Source: Nitrospirota bacterium
GTDB taxonomy: Bacteria; Nitrospirota; UBA9217
Assembly: GCA_963754875.1 (NCBI GenBank)
Contig: CAVWHO010000013.1
Coordinates: 1 to 64,000, forward strand
Length of the DNA stretch: 64,000 nucleotides
Reading direction: 5' to 3'
Part shown: positions 41,375 through 52,512 of the stretch, one piece after another
Layout of the letters: each line of letters begins with the position of its first letter
How positions within the stretch are numbered: position 1 is the stretch's first letter
The notes under the pieces: generated by a model
Databases searched by the model: none
What the model was told of the DNA's origin: nothing
The model's input: the letters and a program-made list of their open reading frames with translations, nothing else
Translations under genes and position numbers: made by a program

Positions 41375-41394
41375 TGGAGATTTGATGCTCCTTC

Positions 41395-43116
41395 CTACCA
41401 GCTTTGCAAGCCGTGACATCCGGTAAGCCCGCCGGCGCTCGGGTTGCACGTCGTTCCCGTGAAGTTGACCGCGCTGTTGATTGTGGTCGAGGCCGTAGCT
41501 TCAGAGATCGGGGCGGTCAGCGAGGTGAAGTGCACCGCTGCAAGCATCGTCGTATCATGACAGACGGTACACGCGAGCCCTCTCATATCGCTATTATTGT
41601 GCTGGCCTGAGTAATAGCTGTTGTTCTCCGGAATGCCCGGGCCGGTACCCAGAACGTGGCATGCCGTACACTGAGTGTTGACGTTGATCGTGCCGGTCTG
41701 CCAGTCAGGCGTTGTCAGGCTGCCGTGGCAGCTCACATTGGAACAGGCCATCGTAGATGCGTTGTACGTTGCTGCTCCGGCTTTCGCATTGAACGTCGGG
41801 TCGAGGATCACGTCTACGACTCCGTTCTGGTGAAGCGTGGTGCCGGAGCCGGCCCCTAAATGGCAGGTTGAGCACGCTACCGTGTTGAGGCTCATATGAG
41901 GTGCATGGTTGCCGGCAACGTTCGGGAACACGGTGCCCGACGGCGGAATCCCGTGACAGGTCCCGCAGGTCGGTGTCGCGTGGCAGAGCGTGCTGTTGAA
42001 GCAGCCGGGAGCGGTCCCTGCTGCAGCCGGCGGCGACGGCGGTGCAATCGGCGAGTTCGCGCCGTTCGTATGGCAAAGCGCGCAGACCGAGGCATTGCCG
42101 GTGTCAGTGGTGGTGTGGGTATAGGAACCCGTTATCCATGAAGTTGGGTGCGGCCCGCTTCCCCCGTGACAGGTGAAGCAAGACGTCTGTGCGGCACCAC
42201 CTGAAAAATCAGAGCCGTGGCAGGTTTCGCACAGTGCGAATCCGCCTGTCGACGTGGGTGCCGATTTTGCGGCAACGCCATGCTGCGTCGGATCGGACCA
42301 TCCTGCCGGGTGCCCAACTTGTGCATGACAGAGGGTGCTGTTGAAGCAGCCCGGAGCGGTCCCTGCTGCAGCCGGCGGCGACGGCGGCGCAATCGGCGAA
42401 TTGGCGCCGTTCGTATGGCAAAGCGCGCAGACCGAGGCATTGCCGGTGTCAGTGGTGGTGTGGGTATAGGGACCCGTTATCCATGAAGTTGGGTGCGGCC
42501 CGCTCCCCCCGTGGCAGGTGAAGCAAGACGTTTGTGCGGCACCACCTGAGAAATCAGAGCCGTGGCAGGTTTGGCATAGCGCGAATCCGCCTGTCGATGT
42601 CGGTGCTGCTTTGGCAGAAACGCCATGCTGCGACGGATCGGACCATCCTGCCGGGTGCCCAACTTGTGCATGACAGAGGGTGCTGTTGAAGCAGCCCGGA
42701 GCGGTCCCTGCTGCAGCCGGCAGCGACGGCGGCGCAATCGGCGAATTGGCGCCGTTCGTATGACAAAGCGCGCAGACCGAGGCATTGCCGGTGTCAGTGG
42801 TGGTGTGGGTATAGGAACCTGTTATCCATGAAGTTGGGTGCGGTGCACTCCCACCATGGCAGGACTTGCATGCTACAGCCGAGATGCCACCGGAAAAATC
42901 ATCAGCGTGGCACTCCTGGCAAACTGCAAAGCCATTGGCTTGCGTTTTCGCCGCTGCACCGTGGACAGCCGGCGAGGACCAACCCGCTGTATGCTGACCG
43001 GTATCAGGATTAAATGACGATAACGCTTGTTTATTTGATGAACTACATCCAATGAAGAGTGCGACTGCGCAAAACAGACCCAATACCAGGACCACCCGTT
43101 CCATTTTCTTTCTCAT
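41395..43116 (-). CDS. Multiheme c-type cytochrome lipoprotein with three 115-aa repeats and a CxxxxCH/CxxCH C-terminal domain
   Basis: Lipobox FIGC; 13 CxxCH plus 3 CX5CH (CFNSTLCH), 1 CX4CH and 1 CX9CH; 345-bp DNA repeat period. Confidence 0.9.
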   Translation of the reverse strand: MRKKMERVVLVLGLFCAVALFIGCSSSNKQALSSFNPDTGQHTAGWSSPAVHGAAAKTQANGFAVCQECHADDFSGGISAVACKSCHGGSAPHPTSWITGSYTHTTTDTGNASVCALCHTNGANSPIAPPSLPAAAGTAPGCFNSTLCHAQVGHPAGWSDPSQHGVSAKAAPTSTGGFALCQTCHGSDFSGGAAQTSCFTCHGGSGPHPTSWITGPYTHTTTDTGNASVCALCHTNGANSPIAPPSPPAAAGTAPGCFNSTLCHAQVGHPAGWSDPTQHGVAAKSAPTSTGGFALCETCHGSDFSGGAAQTSCFTCHGGSGPHPTSWITGSYTHTTTDTGNASVCALCHTNGANSPIAPPSPPAAAGTAPGCFNSTLCHATPTCGTCHGIPPSGTVFPNVAGNHAPHMSLNTVACSTCHLGAGSGTTLHQNGVVDVILDPTFNAKAGAATYNASTMACSNVSCHGSLTTPDWQTGTINVNTQCTACHVLGTGPGIPENNSYYSGQHNNSDMRGLACTVCHDTTMLAAVHFTSLTAPISEATASTTINSAVNFTGTTCNPSAGGLTGCHGLQSW

Positions 43117-43534
43117 TGAGCACTTCCCCCGTGTTGTTAAAGTAGTACTAAAGTAAAGACAATATTTGTCCCGATTTCCCGTCATGCTAACGCGGCATAA
43201 TCGCGCCTGTCAACGTCTAATTATAATTTTATTGTGCATGCAGTATGCAATCATGTTTTTCAACATGCAGAGTAATAATTTGACGAGAGAGACGGTGCCC
43301 TCAGCTTTGCAGCCATAAAAAGACGGAGCTCGTTATGTTTCACAGCTGTCAGCTCACAACGTAATGTTGATTTTAACAAGCGTTCCTCAGCCGTCACTCC
43401 ATGCAGATAGCATGATTGCATTGCTTTTCCTGTCATGAAACGTATTCACACAGTCGTCGCACGATCTGCCTCTCAACGACTGAATGTCAGCACTCGTTGT
43501 ACGGCGACTGTCCTTTTAACTTGTCTCAGCCACT

Positions 43535-44014
43535 TCACGGGTTTTGTGTGGTGGTCCCGGCAGTTCCTACTGCTGCGTGGCAAAGAGTATTGTTGTAGCA
43601 GCCGGGGCCGGCGCTTAAAACCGAGACGGACGGCGAGGGTTGAAGGGGAGAATTCGAGCCGTCTGCATGGCATTCCGCACAGACCGCGGCATTGTTCGTA
43701 TCAGTGTCCCCATGGTTCCAAGGCGCGCGGGGATGCGGCGCGTTAACACCATGGCAATTATAAAAGCAGGATACCGCGGAGGTTCCGCCAGCGAAATCAA
43801 CACCATGGCACTCCTGGCAGGAAGCAAAACCGCCTGCTTGAGATTTTGCGACTGCACCGTGCGCGCTCGGATCGGAAAAGCCTGCAACATGATTGCCTGT
43901 GTCAGGATTTAATGTTGATACTGCCATGGGGTTCGGCGAGCTGCATCCGGAAAAGATGATCAAGGCACCGAGCAATCCGATTAACCAAAAAGACGCTTCT
44001 ATTTTTCTAGCCAT
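43535..44014 (-). CDS. Small multiheme cytochrome lipoprotein, single-unit paralog of the downstream gene
   Basis: Lipobox FSGC; CQECH, CFYNCH, CAECH, CYNNTLCH. Confidence 0.85.
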   Translation of the reverse strand: MARKIEASFWLIGLLGALIIFSGCSSPNPMAVSTLNPDTGNHVAGFSDPSAHGAVAKSQAGGFASCQECHGVDFAGGTSAVSCFYNCHGVNAPHPRAPWNHGDTDTNNAAVCAECHADGSNSPLQPSPSVSVLSAGPGCYNNTLCHAAVGTAGTTTQNP

Positions 44015-44060
44015 GAATTTTTCCCCCTCAGTCGCAGAATATTGGCGTTTACCCCGTTAT

Positions 44061-44077
44061 AGCAAGTGATATGCCAA
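44061..44077 (-). promoter_or_regulatory. Sigma54 (-24/-12) promoter for the cytochrome pair
   Basis: TTGGCATATCACTTGCT with an AT-rich upstream region. Confidence 0.7.
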
Positions 44078-44589
44078 ATAATGCACCATTTTGTCGCCTT
44101 ATTGATTTATCTCATAATTTTGACGTATATCACCTTGGCGCAATTATAAAGCGATTTTCAATGTTGTATGGATTCTCATTCGTTTAAAAGTTTTTTTTTA
44201 TATTAAAAAAAATTATTAGGACATAAAACCAAATGGTTACTCCTCTGAAGGGATTTGCATACATACTGGGAATTGCAATTAAGTGTTTCGTCCAGCTGTC
44301 GAATAATTTTGAACGTGCTGCGATTTATCATTTTGAAAAGACGTCATATTGAATCCGCGACTTTGCAATCTCACGGCCCCCTGCCGGAGGCGGCTCCACT
44401 GAAGCCTTGGATACAACTGGAACCCAAAAATGTGTCTGTACAAGAGATTATGCAATCGGCGGAAATCGATGCCGCCGACGTAAACGCGGATATTCTGAAA
44501 CCGGATATTTTCTTGACATCATAAGGTTTTTTTGTATAATAGCAGTCTATTTTCCTATCATTCCCGGTTCCCCTAGGCAGGAGCAATCG

Positions 44590-45459
44590 TTGACATTCCA
44601 GGAACTTGTACTTACGCTTCAGACATTCTGGGCTTCGAAGGGCTGTGTCATTCACCAGCCTTACGACACCGAAGTCGGCGCGGGAACATTCCATCCGGCA
44701 ACGTTTCTGCGCGTCCTCGGCCCTGAACCATGGAAGGCCGCCTATGTGCAACCTTCCCGCAGGCCGACGGATGGACGCTACGGCGAGAACCCCAACCGCT
44801 TGCAGCACTACTATCAGTTTCAGGTGATCTTAAAACCCCATCCGGAAAATGTGCAGGAAATTTATCTCGAGAGCCTTGTAAAGCTGGGCATCAATCCCTT
44901 GAAACATGACATCCGTTTTGTTGAAGACGACTGGGAATCGCCCACACTCGGCGCTTGGGGGCTTGGCTGGGAGGTCTGGCTGAACGGGATGGAAGTCACC
45001 CAGTTCACGTACTTCCAGCAGGTAGGCGGCATCGACCTCAAACCCATTTCCGCCGAACTCACTTACGGTATTGAACGCCTTGCCATGTATCTTCAGGGCG
45101 TAAACAACGTCTATGACCTCGAATGGACCAAGGGCGTCAAGTACGGTGACATCCATTTCGATACCGAAGTGCAATTCTCGAAGTACAACTTTGAACTTTC
45201 CGACCGGGATATGCTGTTCAGGCAGTTCGAGTCCTACGAGCGGGAAAGCGAGAAACTCGTCAAGGCCGGCGTGGTGCTGCCTGCATACGATTACTGCCTC
45301 AAGTGTTCTCACACCTTTAACCTGCTGGATGCCGCCGGGGCGATCAGCGTGACCGAGCGGACAGGTTATATCGCGCGGGTAAGAAAACTCGCACGACTCT
45401 GTGCCCATGCCTATCTTGCCGACCGGGAGGCGAAGGGGTTCCCGATGCTGAAGAAATGA
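44590..45459 (+). CDS. glyQ: Glycine-tRNA ligase alpha subunit (TTG start)
   Basis: [49 protein letters not shown] promoter at 44513-44540. Confidence 0.97.
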   Translation: MTFQELVLTLQTFWASKGCVIHQPYDTEVGAGTFHPATFLRVLGPEPWKAAYVQPSRRPTDGRYGENPNRLQHYYQFQVILKPHPENVQEIYLESLVKLGINPLKHDIRFVEDDWESPTLGAWGLGWEVWLNGMEVTQFTYFQQVGGIDLKPISAELTYGIERLAMYLQGVNNVYDLEWTKGVKYGDIHFDTEVQFSKYNFELSDRDMLFRQFESYERESEKLVKAGVVLPAYDYCLKCSHTFNLLDAAGAISVTERTGYIARVRKLARLCAHAYLADREAKGFPMLKK

Positions 45460-45481
45460 AATGCCGGCCATAATCTTTGTC

Positions 45482-45762
45482 TCTCGCGGAGGCGGAGGAC
45501 GCAGAGTACGGCAAAGGATTTTATTCTTTAATGAGAATTGATGTATTCGTACACAGTTAAACAGCAGTCATTCCCGCTTGCTTGCGGCCAGTGATTATGA
45601 GCGCTCTGCGCGGAATACAGGCTGTCGGGAATCCTTCTTGTCAGAAGAATATAAGGCAATACGATTCCGGGCAAGCCGGAACGACACAGAAGGGCTAAAG
45701 CTTGGTTTTGAGATTCGAGGCTGTTTTTTTATTTTTTTCGCGAGCTCCGCGTCTCTGCGAGA
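45482..45762. repeat. Nested palindromic repeat elements between glyQ and glyS
   Basis: Outer CTCGCGGAGGCGGAG / CTCCGCGTCTCTGCGAG; inner GTCATTCCCGCTTG...GATTCCGGGCAAGCCGGAACGAC. Confidence 0.55.
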
Positions 45763-45785
45763 ACAAGGCCTTTTAGGAGTTTTAC

Positions 45786-47870
45786 TTGTCCAAAGAATTT
45801 TTCTTAGAGATCGGGACCGAAGAGATCCCCTCGCGTTTCATCAATCCGGCGCTTGACAAAATGAAAGAGCTCTTTTCGGGGCTGCTCGTGAACGGACGCG
45901 TTGCCATCGAGAACGGCGCCATTCAGGCCTATGGAACGCCGCGCCGGCTCATCCTGTACGTACCGCAGCTGGCAGAGCGGCAACAGGACATTTCGAAGGA
46001 AGTTGTCGGCCCTCCGAAGAAAATCGCTTTCGACGCAGAAGGAAAGCCAACCAGGGCCGCGTTGGTCTTTGCCGAGAAAAACGGTGTGCCGGTCGATGCG
46101 TTGGCCAGTAAAACGACGGACAAGGGCGAGTACGTCGTCGCCCGTCTGGACGAAAAAGGCGGCGATACCGCTGACTGGCTAAAACAAGTGATGCCGGGGT
46201 TCGTCCTCTCGATCCCGTTTCAGAAAACCATGCGTTGGATGGACAAGGACATCCGGTTTGCGCGCCCCATACATTGGATTGTCGCGCTCTGGGGCGGTTC
46301 CGTTGTTGAGTTTGAATTGAACGGCATCAAGAGCGGCAACCTCTCCCGGGGCCACCGGTTCATGAGCCCCGGAGCATTCATGGTAAAGGACTTCAAGTCC
46401 TATACCGCGCAGGCCGAGCCGAACTACCTTGTTATTGACCCTGAAGTCCGTAAACAGCGGATCATCAAACAGACCGAGGAACTCGCCAAATCAAAAAACG
46501 GGACCGTACTCGACGATCCCGGGTTGGTCGAAGAAGTGGCAAACCTTGTTGAATACCCGGTCGCGGTCATGGGGACCTTCAACAAAGACTATCTTCGCGT
46601 CCCCAAGGAAGTTTTGATTACGGCGATGCGCGAACATCAGCGCTACTTCAGCGTCGTGGGACAGAACGGCAATCTGCTGCCGTGCTTCATCACGATCAGC
46701 AACACCCGGGCCGAGGACTTGGATATCGTCCGGGCCGGAAACGAGCGCGTACTTGCCGCGCGACTGTCCGATGCGGCATATTTTTTCGACCACGACGTGA
46801 AACAGCCGCTGGGCGACCGCATCGAAGGACTGAAGAAGGTCACCTATCAGGAAAAGCTCGGAACGGTCTATGACAAGATCCTGCGAGTGAAGCACCTGGC
46901 AGCGTATCTGGCCGGCATTGCTCATGCCGATGCACCAATCGTTGCCCGTGCCGCTGAACTGTGCAAAGCCGATCTCATCACCGGTGTCGTAGGCGAATTC
47001 CCTAAACTGCAAGGCGTTATGGGCAGGCACTATGCGCTTAACTCCGGGGAGGATCCCCGCGTTGCCGACGCGATCCTCGAACACTACCTGCCTCGCTATG
47101 CAGGCGATAAGCTTCCCGATTCTGTTGAAGGCATGTGTGTCGGAATCGCCGACCGCATCGATACGATAACAGGGTGCTTTTCCGTCGGGCTCGTTCCGAG
47201 CGGTTCCGAGGACCCCTATGGCCTCAGGAGGCAATCGGTCGCCATCTTGAACATGCTGATGGAACGGGGCCTTCGCATGCCGCTCGCGGACTTGATCACC
47301 GAGTCATGCAAAGCATACGGTCTTAAGAAGCAGGAAAAAGAAAAAGTTGGGTCCGAGACGCTTGACTTCTTCCGTCAGCGGCTGGCGGGTATGCTGGCAG
47401 CCGAAGGGCTCCGGTCAGACGTCGTGGATGCCGCGCTCTCCGTGGGGTTCAACGATCCTCTTATTGCGCGGGAAAAGGTGCGCGCCCTCGACGGACTTCG
47501 AACGTCGGTGGACTATCAGCCGCTTGTAACGGCCCTCAAGCGCGCAGGCAATATTCTGCCGAAGGAGTTTACGGGCAAGGTCAAGAAAAACCTGCTGAGA
47601 CTGGATGCGGAGAAAGCCCTCTATGCTTCCTATGCGGAGATCAAGGACCGCGTCGTGGAGAAGGCGGCAAAGCTCGATTTCCGCGGCGCTCTGGCCGACA
47701 TAGCATCGCTCAGGAAAGACGTTGATGCATTCTTCGACACGGTCATGGTCATGGACAAGGATGCCGAAGTCAAGGCGAACCGCCTCGCTCTCCTTGCCGG
47801 CATCACGGGCCTGTTTTCTCAGATCGCGGATTTTTCGCGGCTTGTTTTAAGTACGGAAGAGTCAAAATAG
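45786..47870 (+). CDS. glyS: Glycine-tRNA ligase beta subunit
   Basis: EIGTEEIP, TPRRL, FARPIHW, GNERVLAARLSDA, GSEDPYGLRR. Confidence 0.97.
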   Translation: MSKEFFLEIGTEEIPSRFINPALDKMKELFSGLLVNGRVAIENGAIQAYGTPRRLILYVPQLAERQQDISKEVVGPPKKIAFDAEGKPTRAALVFAEKNGVPVDALASKTTDKGEYVVARLDEKGGDTADWLKQVMPGFVLSIPFQKTMRWMDKDIRFARPIHWIVALWGGSVVEFELNGIKSGNLSRGHRFMSPGAFMVKDFKSYTAQAEPNYLVIDPEVRKQRIIKQTEELAKSKNGTVLDDPGLVEEVANLVEYPVAVMGTFNKDYLRVPKEVLITAMREHQRYFSVVGQNGNLLPCFITISNTRAEDLDIVRAGNERVLAARLSDAAYFFDHDVKQPLGDRIEGLKKVTYQEKLGTVYDKILRVKHLAAYLAGIAHADAPIVARAAELCKADLITGVVGEFPKLQGVMGRHYALNSGEDPRVADAILEHYLPRYAGDKLPDSVEGMCVGIADRIDTITGCFSVGLVPSGSEDPYGLRRQSVAILNMLMERGLRMPLADLITESCKAYGLKKQEKEKVGSETLDFFRQRLAGMLAAEGLRSDVVDAALSVGFNDPLIAREKVRALDGLRTSVDYQPLVTALKRAGNILPKEFTGKVKKNLLRLDAEKALYASYAEIKDRVVEKAAKLDFRGALADIASLRKDVDAFFDTVMVMDKDAEVKANRLALLAGITGLFSQIADFSRLVLSTEESK

Positions 47871-47878
47871 CAGGAAAG

Positions 47879-47958
47879 AGAAGTCAGGAGCCAGGAGTCA
47901 GGAGAACGGCGAAGGGAAAACGCTCTTCTGAATTCTGACTTCTGGCTTCTGAATTCTG
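47879..47958. repeat. Inverted heptamer repeat array
   Basis: AGTCAGG AGCCAGG AGTCAGG ... TTCTGAA TTCTGAC TTCTGGC TTCTGAA. Confidence 0.65.
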
Positions 47959-47986
47959 AAGAATCATTTCCAGGGAGGAAGGTCAC

Positions 47987-50671
47987 ATGACGACGGGGAA
48001 AAAATATACTTATTTTTTCGGCAGCGGCAAGGCGGATGGAACAGGGACGATGAAGGGCCTGCTCGGCGGCAAAGGCGCAGGTCTTGCTGAAATGACGAAT
48101 GCCGGCGTTCCGGTGCCGCCAGGATTCACCATTACCACAGAAGTATGCAACCTTTTTTATGAGCTGAGAAAACGCGTACCGGACGGTCTCGATGCCGAAA
48201 TGCGCGACCATATGAGCAAGATAGAAGGTGCGCTGAGCGGCAAGTTCAAATTCGGTGATGTCGAACGCCCGTTGCTCGTGTCCGTGCGGTCGGGTTCCAA
48301 GTTTTCCATGCCCGGCATGATGGATACGGTCCTGAATCTCGGGTTGAACGACCGAACGATCCACGGCCTCATCCGCATGTCCGGCAACGAGCGATTCGCG
48401 TGGGACGCCTATCGCCGGTTCATCCAGATGTTCGGCAACGTCGTGATGGGGATCGGGAAGGAAATATTCGAACACATTATCCATGAGGTAAAAAAGAAAA
48501 AGAAAGTCAACCTCGACATCGAACTGACCGCGGAAGACCTGAAGGCCCTCGTCGAGAAGTTCAAGGCCAAGGTGAAGCAAATCGAGAAGCGCGAATTTCC
48601 GCAGGACCCCTGGGAACAGCTCATCATGGCGCGCGATGCCGTCTTCGGCTCCTGGAACAACCCTCGCGCAATCACGTACCGCAAACTGAACGACATCCCC
48701 GGCAATCTCGGAACGGCCGTGAACGTGCAGGCCATGGTATTCGGGAACATGGGAGAAACTTCCGCAACGGGCGTCGGCTTCACCCGGAACCCCTCCACCG
48801 GCGCAAAGGAGTTTTACGGCGAGTATCTGACGAACGCGCAGGGCGAGGACGTTGTGGCGGGCATCCGCACGCCGCACCCGATCGCCGACCTTGAGAAGGA
48901 AATGCCGCACGTGTACAATCAACTCCGCGAGATTACGACCAGGCTCGAGAAGCACTACCGCGACGTTCAGGATTTCGAGTTCACTGTGCAGGAAGGCACG
49001 CTCTTCATGCTCCAGACCCGAACGGGTAAACGGACGGCCCAGGCCGCGGTCACGATTGCCGTGGACATGGTGGCGGAAAACCTTATCTCCAAGGAAGAAG
49101 CCGTCCTCCGCGTCGAGCCTGCTTCTCTTGATCAACTCCTCCATCCCATCATCGATCCCAAGGCGAAGATCGAAGTCATTGCCAAGGGCCTTCCGGCGTC
49201 GCCCGGAGCTGCTTCCGGCAAGGTCGTGTTCACTGCCGACGAAGCGGTGAAACAGGCGAAGAAGGGAAGTGTGATCCTTGTAAGGCCTGAGACGACGCCC
49301 GACGACATTCACGGCATGGACGCGGCAAAAGGCATCCTGACGGCACGCGGCGGTATGACCTCCCACGCGGCGGTAGTCGCCCGCGGCATGGGGAAGCCCT
49401 GCGTAGCGGGCTGCGAATCCATCAAAGTGGACCTCAAGGCTGAAAAATTTACAGTGGGCAAATATACCGTGAACTTGGGCGACAGCATCACGATCGACGG
49501 CGGCACGGGCCGTGTGATCATCGGCAAAGTGACGACCAAGGACCCCGAAGTAAGCGGCGATTTCGGCACGCTCATGAAGTGGGTTGACGAAATCCGCACC
49601 ATGGGCGTCCGTGCGAATGCGGACATCCCGCGCGATGCCAAGATGGCCCGCCAGTTCGGCGCGGAGGGCATCGGCCTTTGCCGAACGGAACACATGTTCT
49701 TCGCCGAGGAGCGTCTGCCGATCGTGCAGCAGATGATCCTTGCCGACAACACCGAGATGCGTGAGAAGGCGTTGGCCAAGCTGCTCCCGATGCAGCGCTC
49801 GGACTTTAAGGGCCTCTTCGAAAGCATGGCGGGTTTTCCCGTAACGATCCGTCTTCTCGATCCCCCGCTCCACGAGTTCCTGCCGAAGCGCGAAGATCTC
49901 ATGGTCGAGTTGGCGGTGATGCAGGTGAAGAAGGCGCCCAAGGCGTCGATTTCAAAAAAGGCAAAGCTTCTGCGCCGCGTCGAAGAGCTGCACGAACTGA
50001 ACCCGATGCTCGGCCACCGCGGGTGCAGGCTCGGCATCGTCTATCCCGAGATCACGCGGATGCAGACAAAGGCCATCATCGAGGCGGCCTGTGAACTCGC
50101 CAAGAAGGGCACGAAAGTCGTACCGGAGATCATGGTGCCGCTCGTCGGCATTAAAAAAGAGCTCCAGAACCAGAAGGACCTCATCAAGAAAACCGCCGAA
50201 GAGGTGATGCAGAAAAAGGGCGTCAAGATCGACTACCTGATCGGGACGATGATCGAGCTGCCACGTGCAGCCGTGATTGCCGACGAGATCGCGAAGGAAG
50301 CAGAATTCTTCTCCTTCGGCACGAATGACCTGACCCAGACCACCTTTGGGTTCAGCCGCGACGACGCAGGGAAGTTTATCAACTACTATACGGAGAACAA
50401 CATCCTCGATAAAGACCCGTTCCAGACGCTGGACCAGGAAGGCGTAGGCATGCTCGTGAAGATGGGTGTGGCAAAAGGCCGCGGCACGAGGCCCAACCTC
50501 AAGGTCGGCATCTGCGGCGAGCACGGCGGAGACCCCGCCAGCGTGGAATTCTGTTATCGCACGGGTCTGAACTATGTGAGCTGCTCACCCTACCGCGTAC
50601 CGATTGCGAGGCTTGCGGCGGCGCATGCAAAACTCAAGGAAAAAGGTGTTGGCGGTTCCGGGACCAAGTAA
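47987..50671 (+). CDS. ppdK: Pyruvate, phosphate dikinase
   Basis: LGGKGAGLAEM, SMPGMMDT, GGMTSHAAVVARG, GIGLCRTEHM, SFGTNDLTQ. Confidence 0.98.
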   Translation: MTTGKKYTYFFGSGKADGTGTMKGLLGGKGAGLAEMTNAGVPVPPGFTITTEVCNLFYELRKRVPDGLDAEMRDHMSKIEGALSGKFKFGDVERPLLVSVRSGSKFSMPGMMDTVLNLGLNDRTIHGLIRMSGNERFAWDAYRRFIQMFGNVVMGIGKEIFEHIIHEVKKKKKVNLDIELTAEDLKALVEKFKAKVKQIEKREFPQDPWEQLIMARDAVFGSWNNPRAITYRKLNDIPGNLGTAVNVQAMVFGNMGETSATGVGFTRNPSTGAKEFYGEYLTNAQGEDVVAGIRTPHPIADLEKEMPHVYNQLREITTRLEKHYRDVQDFEFTVQEGTLFMLQTRTGKRTAQAAVTIAVDMVAENLISKEEAVLRVEPASLDQLLHPIIDPKAKIEVIAKGLPASPGAASGKVVFTADEAVKQAKKGSVILVRPETTPDDIHGMDAAKGILTARGGMTSHAAVVARGMGKPCVAGCESIKVDLKAEKFTVGKYTVNLGDSITIDGGTGRVIIGKVTTKDPEVSGDFGTLMKWVDEIRTMGVRANADIPRDAKMARQFGAEGIGLCRTEHMFFAEERLPIVQQMILADNTEMREKALAKLLPMQRSDFKGLFESMAGFPVTIRLLDPPLHEFLPKREDLMVELAVMQVKKAPKASISKKAKLLRRVEELHELNPMLGHRGCRLGIVYPEITRMQTKAIIEAACELAKKGTKVVPEIMVPLVGIKKELQNQKDLIKKTAEEVMQKKGVKIDYLIGTMIELPRAAVIADEIAKEAEFFSFGTNDLTQTTFGFSRDDAGKFINYYTENNILDKDPFQTLDQEGVGMLVKMGVAKGRGTRPNLKVGICGEHGGDPASVEFCYRTGLNYVSCSPYRVPIARLAAAHAKLKEKGVGGSGTK

Positions 50672-50692
50672 TATCCGACTGGCAACTTTCAA

Positions 50693-50722
50693 GGGCGGCT
50701 CACAAGGCCGCCCGTTTTTTTT
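50693..50722 (+). terminator. Intrinsic terminator after ppdK
   Basis: GGGCGGC...GCCGCCC followed by a T-tract. Confidence 0.8.
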
Positions 50723-50859
50723 GAGCGCCAAAAGTACGAACAATGGTTTATCTTCCGTAAACCAATTCCTCTGACCAGGAGCACCGCTTCGCCGCCGGTG
50801 TTATACTGAAACTAGAGAATAAACTCTCTGCGGAGTTGAACGAGGGAGGTGACGTAAAA

Positions 50860-51183
50860 ATGAAACAATTCGCGTGCGCAGCCATGGGGAATAATTGCAA
50901 TGTCGTTCTGACTGCTCCGACGGAAGAACGGCTTGTGGAAATGGTGTCCCTGCATCTTCGCGAGGTACATGGGATGCCGGCGATTTCGCAGGATGTCGCT
51001 GGTAAAATCAAACAACTATTCGTGAACCGTACGGCACCGGATGCTGCCAATGTCGTTGACCGTATTTTCGAAAAATACAACTGCAACAGTGATCCGGAAT
51101 GTACCTGGCGGTACATCGCCGAAGCAGAGGCGATCCTCACAGGCGATAAATCAGCCCATACGAAGGAACTGAAGGCCGCCTGA
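50860..51183 (+). CDS. DUF1059-like small metal-binding protein
   Basis: FACAAMGNNC...HLREVHG; terminator at 51212-51243. Confidence 0.75.
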   Translation: MKQFACAAMGNNCNVVLTAPTEERLVEMVSLHLREVHGMPAISQDVAGKIKQLFVNRTAPDAANVVDRIFEKYNCNSDPECTWRYIAEAEAILTGDKSAHTKELKAA

Positions 51184-51396
51184 CATACGCAGGTACGATG
51201 GTGGTGACAGTGAATGCCTCCGAAGCGGGAGGCATTCTTTTTATGAACGCTTTTTTCCCCCATAATCCGTTGCGTGCCTTGACAACTCCTCGCGGGAATC
51301 ATACAATGTATGTCCGTGCTTGCAGGGACACACGCCTGATTACTGCGGTGCTGGTGTAGTGCGCGCTGCAGGTTTTTTGAAAACCCCTTATCAATA

Positions 51397-52500
51397 ATGT
51401 TGCCTAATTCTCCTGATGAAAAATACATGCGCCTGGCTCTCCGGCTGGCGAAAAAGGCGAAAGGCCGCACGAGCCCGAATCCCATGGTCGGCGCTGTGCT
51501 CGTGAAGAGCGGCAAGGTCATCAGTACGGGATTTCATCACCGGGCGGGAGAATCCCATGCCGAGGCCATTGCGCTCAAGAAAGCAGGATCGGCTGCGCGG
51601 GGGGCGACGCTCTATGTGACGCTTGAGCCATGTTCCCATACCAACAAGCGTACGCCGCCCTGCACGCCGCTCGTGCTGCAGAGCGGTGTAAAACGGGTCG
51701 TCGTGGCCATGATCGATCCGAATCCGCGCGTATCCGGAGGCGGCATCAAAGCTCTTCGAAAAGCCGGTATCGACGTCGTGACCGGCGTCCTGCAACAAGA
51801 GGCTCTGAAGTTGAACGAGGCGTTCGTCAAATATATTACATCAGGCATGCCCTTCGTGACGCTCAAGATCGCCCAGACCCTGGACGGCAAGATCGCCACC
51901 GCATCGGGAGAATCGCAATGGATCACCGGGGAAAAGGCGCGTGAGGAGGGGCACCGCTTGCGTGACGCCAATGACGCGATCCTTGTGGGCATCAACACCG
52001 TACTGAAGGACAATCCCTCGCTGACTGCGAGGATATCGAATGGCCGCGATCCTGTCCGGGTGATCCTCGACAGCAAACTGCGCATTCCTCTTACTTCGAA
52101 AGTTCTCACGCAGAAATCAACGTCAAAAACCATCGTGGCCACGCTTGCCACTGCGCCGAAGACGAAGATCAAGAAACTTCATGATGCCGGTGCAGACGTT
52201 TTTCTGGTCAAACCTGCCAAGGGCCGCGTGGATCTGCGGGACCTTATGAAGAAACTGGGGGGAAAAGATATACTGTCCGTGCTGATAGAAGGAGGTGCTG
52301 AGGTTCATGCCTCGGCGATAAGGGCAGGTATCGCAGACAAGGTCGTCTTATTCATCGCGCCGACGCTCATGACCGGCGCGGATTCACTTTGCTCCATTGG
52401 AGGGATTTCTCCGATTCGGCTCGACCGGGCAGTCAGACTCAAGGACATTACTACCCGCTTCATAGGAGAAGACCTGATGCTCGAAGGGTACATTCGCTGA
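51397..52500 (+). CDS. ribD: Riboflavin biosynthesis deaminase/reductase
   Basis: PNPMVG, HAE, TLEPCSH...TPPC, LDGKIA, IEGG. Confidence 0.96.
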   Translation: MLPNSPDEKYMRLALRLAKKAKGRTSPNPMVGAVLVKSGKVISTGFHHRAGESHAEAIALKKAGSAARGATLYVTLEPCSHTNKRTPPCTPLVLQSGVKRVVVAMIDPNPRVSGGGIKALRKAGIDVVTGVLQQEALKLNEAFVKYITSGMPFVTLKIAQTLDGKIATASGESQWITGEKAREEGHRLRDANDAILVGINTVLKDNPSLTARISNGRDPVRVILDSKLRIPLTSKVLTQKSTSKTIVATLATAPKTKIKKLHDAGADVFLVKPAKGRVDLRDLMKKLGGKDILSVLIEGGAEVHASAIRAGIADKVVLFIAPTLMTGADSLCSIGGISPIRLDRAVRLKDITTRFIGEDLMLEGYIR

Positions 52501-52512
52501 CCGGCAAAAAGA

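Noticed and set aside
41333..41394. tnpB or omega-RNA associated with the IS200 tnpA
   Set aside because: The right-end hairpin follows tnpA directly, leaving no room for tnpB.
44407..44589. N-terminal extension of the glyQ ORF in the track
   Set aside because: It overlaps the promoter; homology starts at the TTG at 44590.
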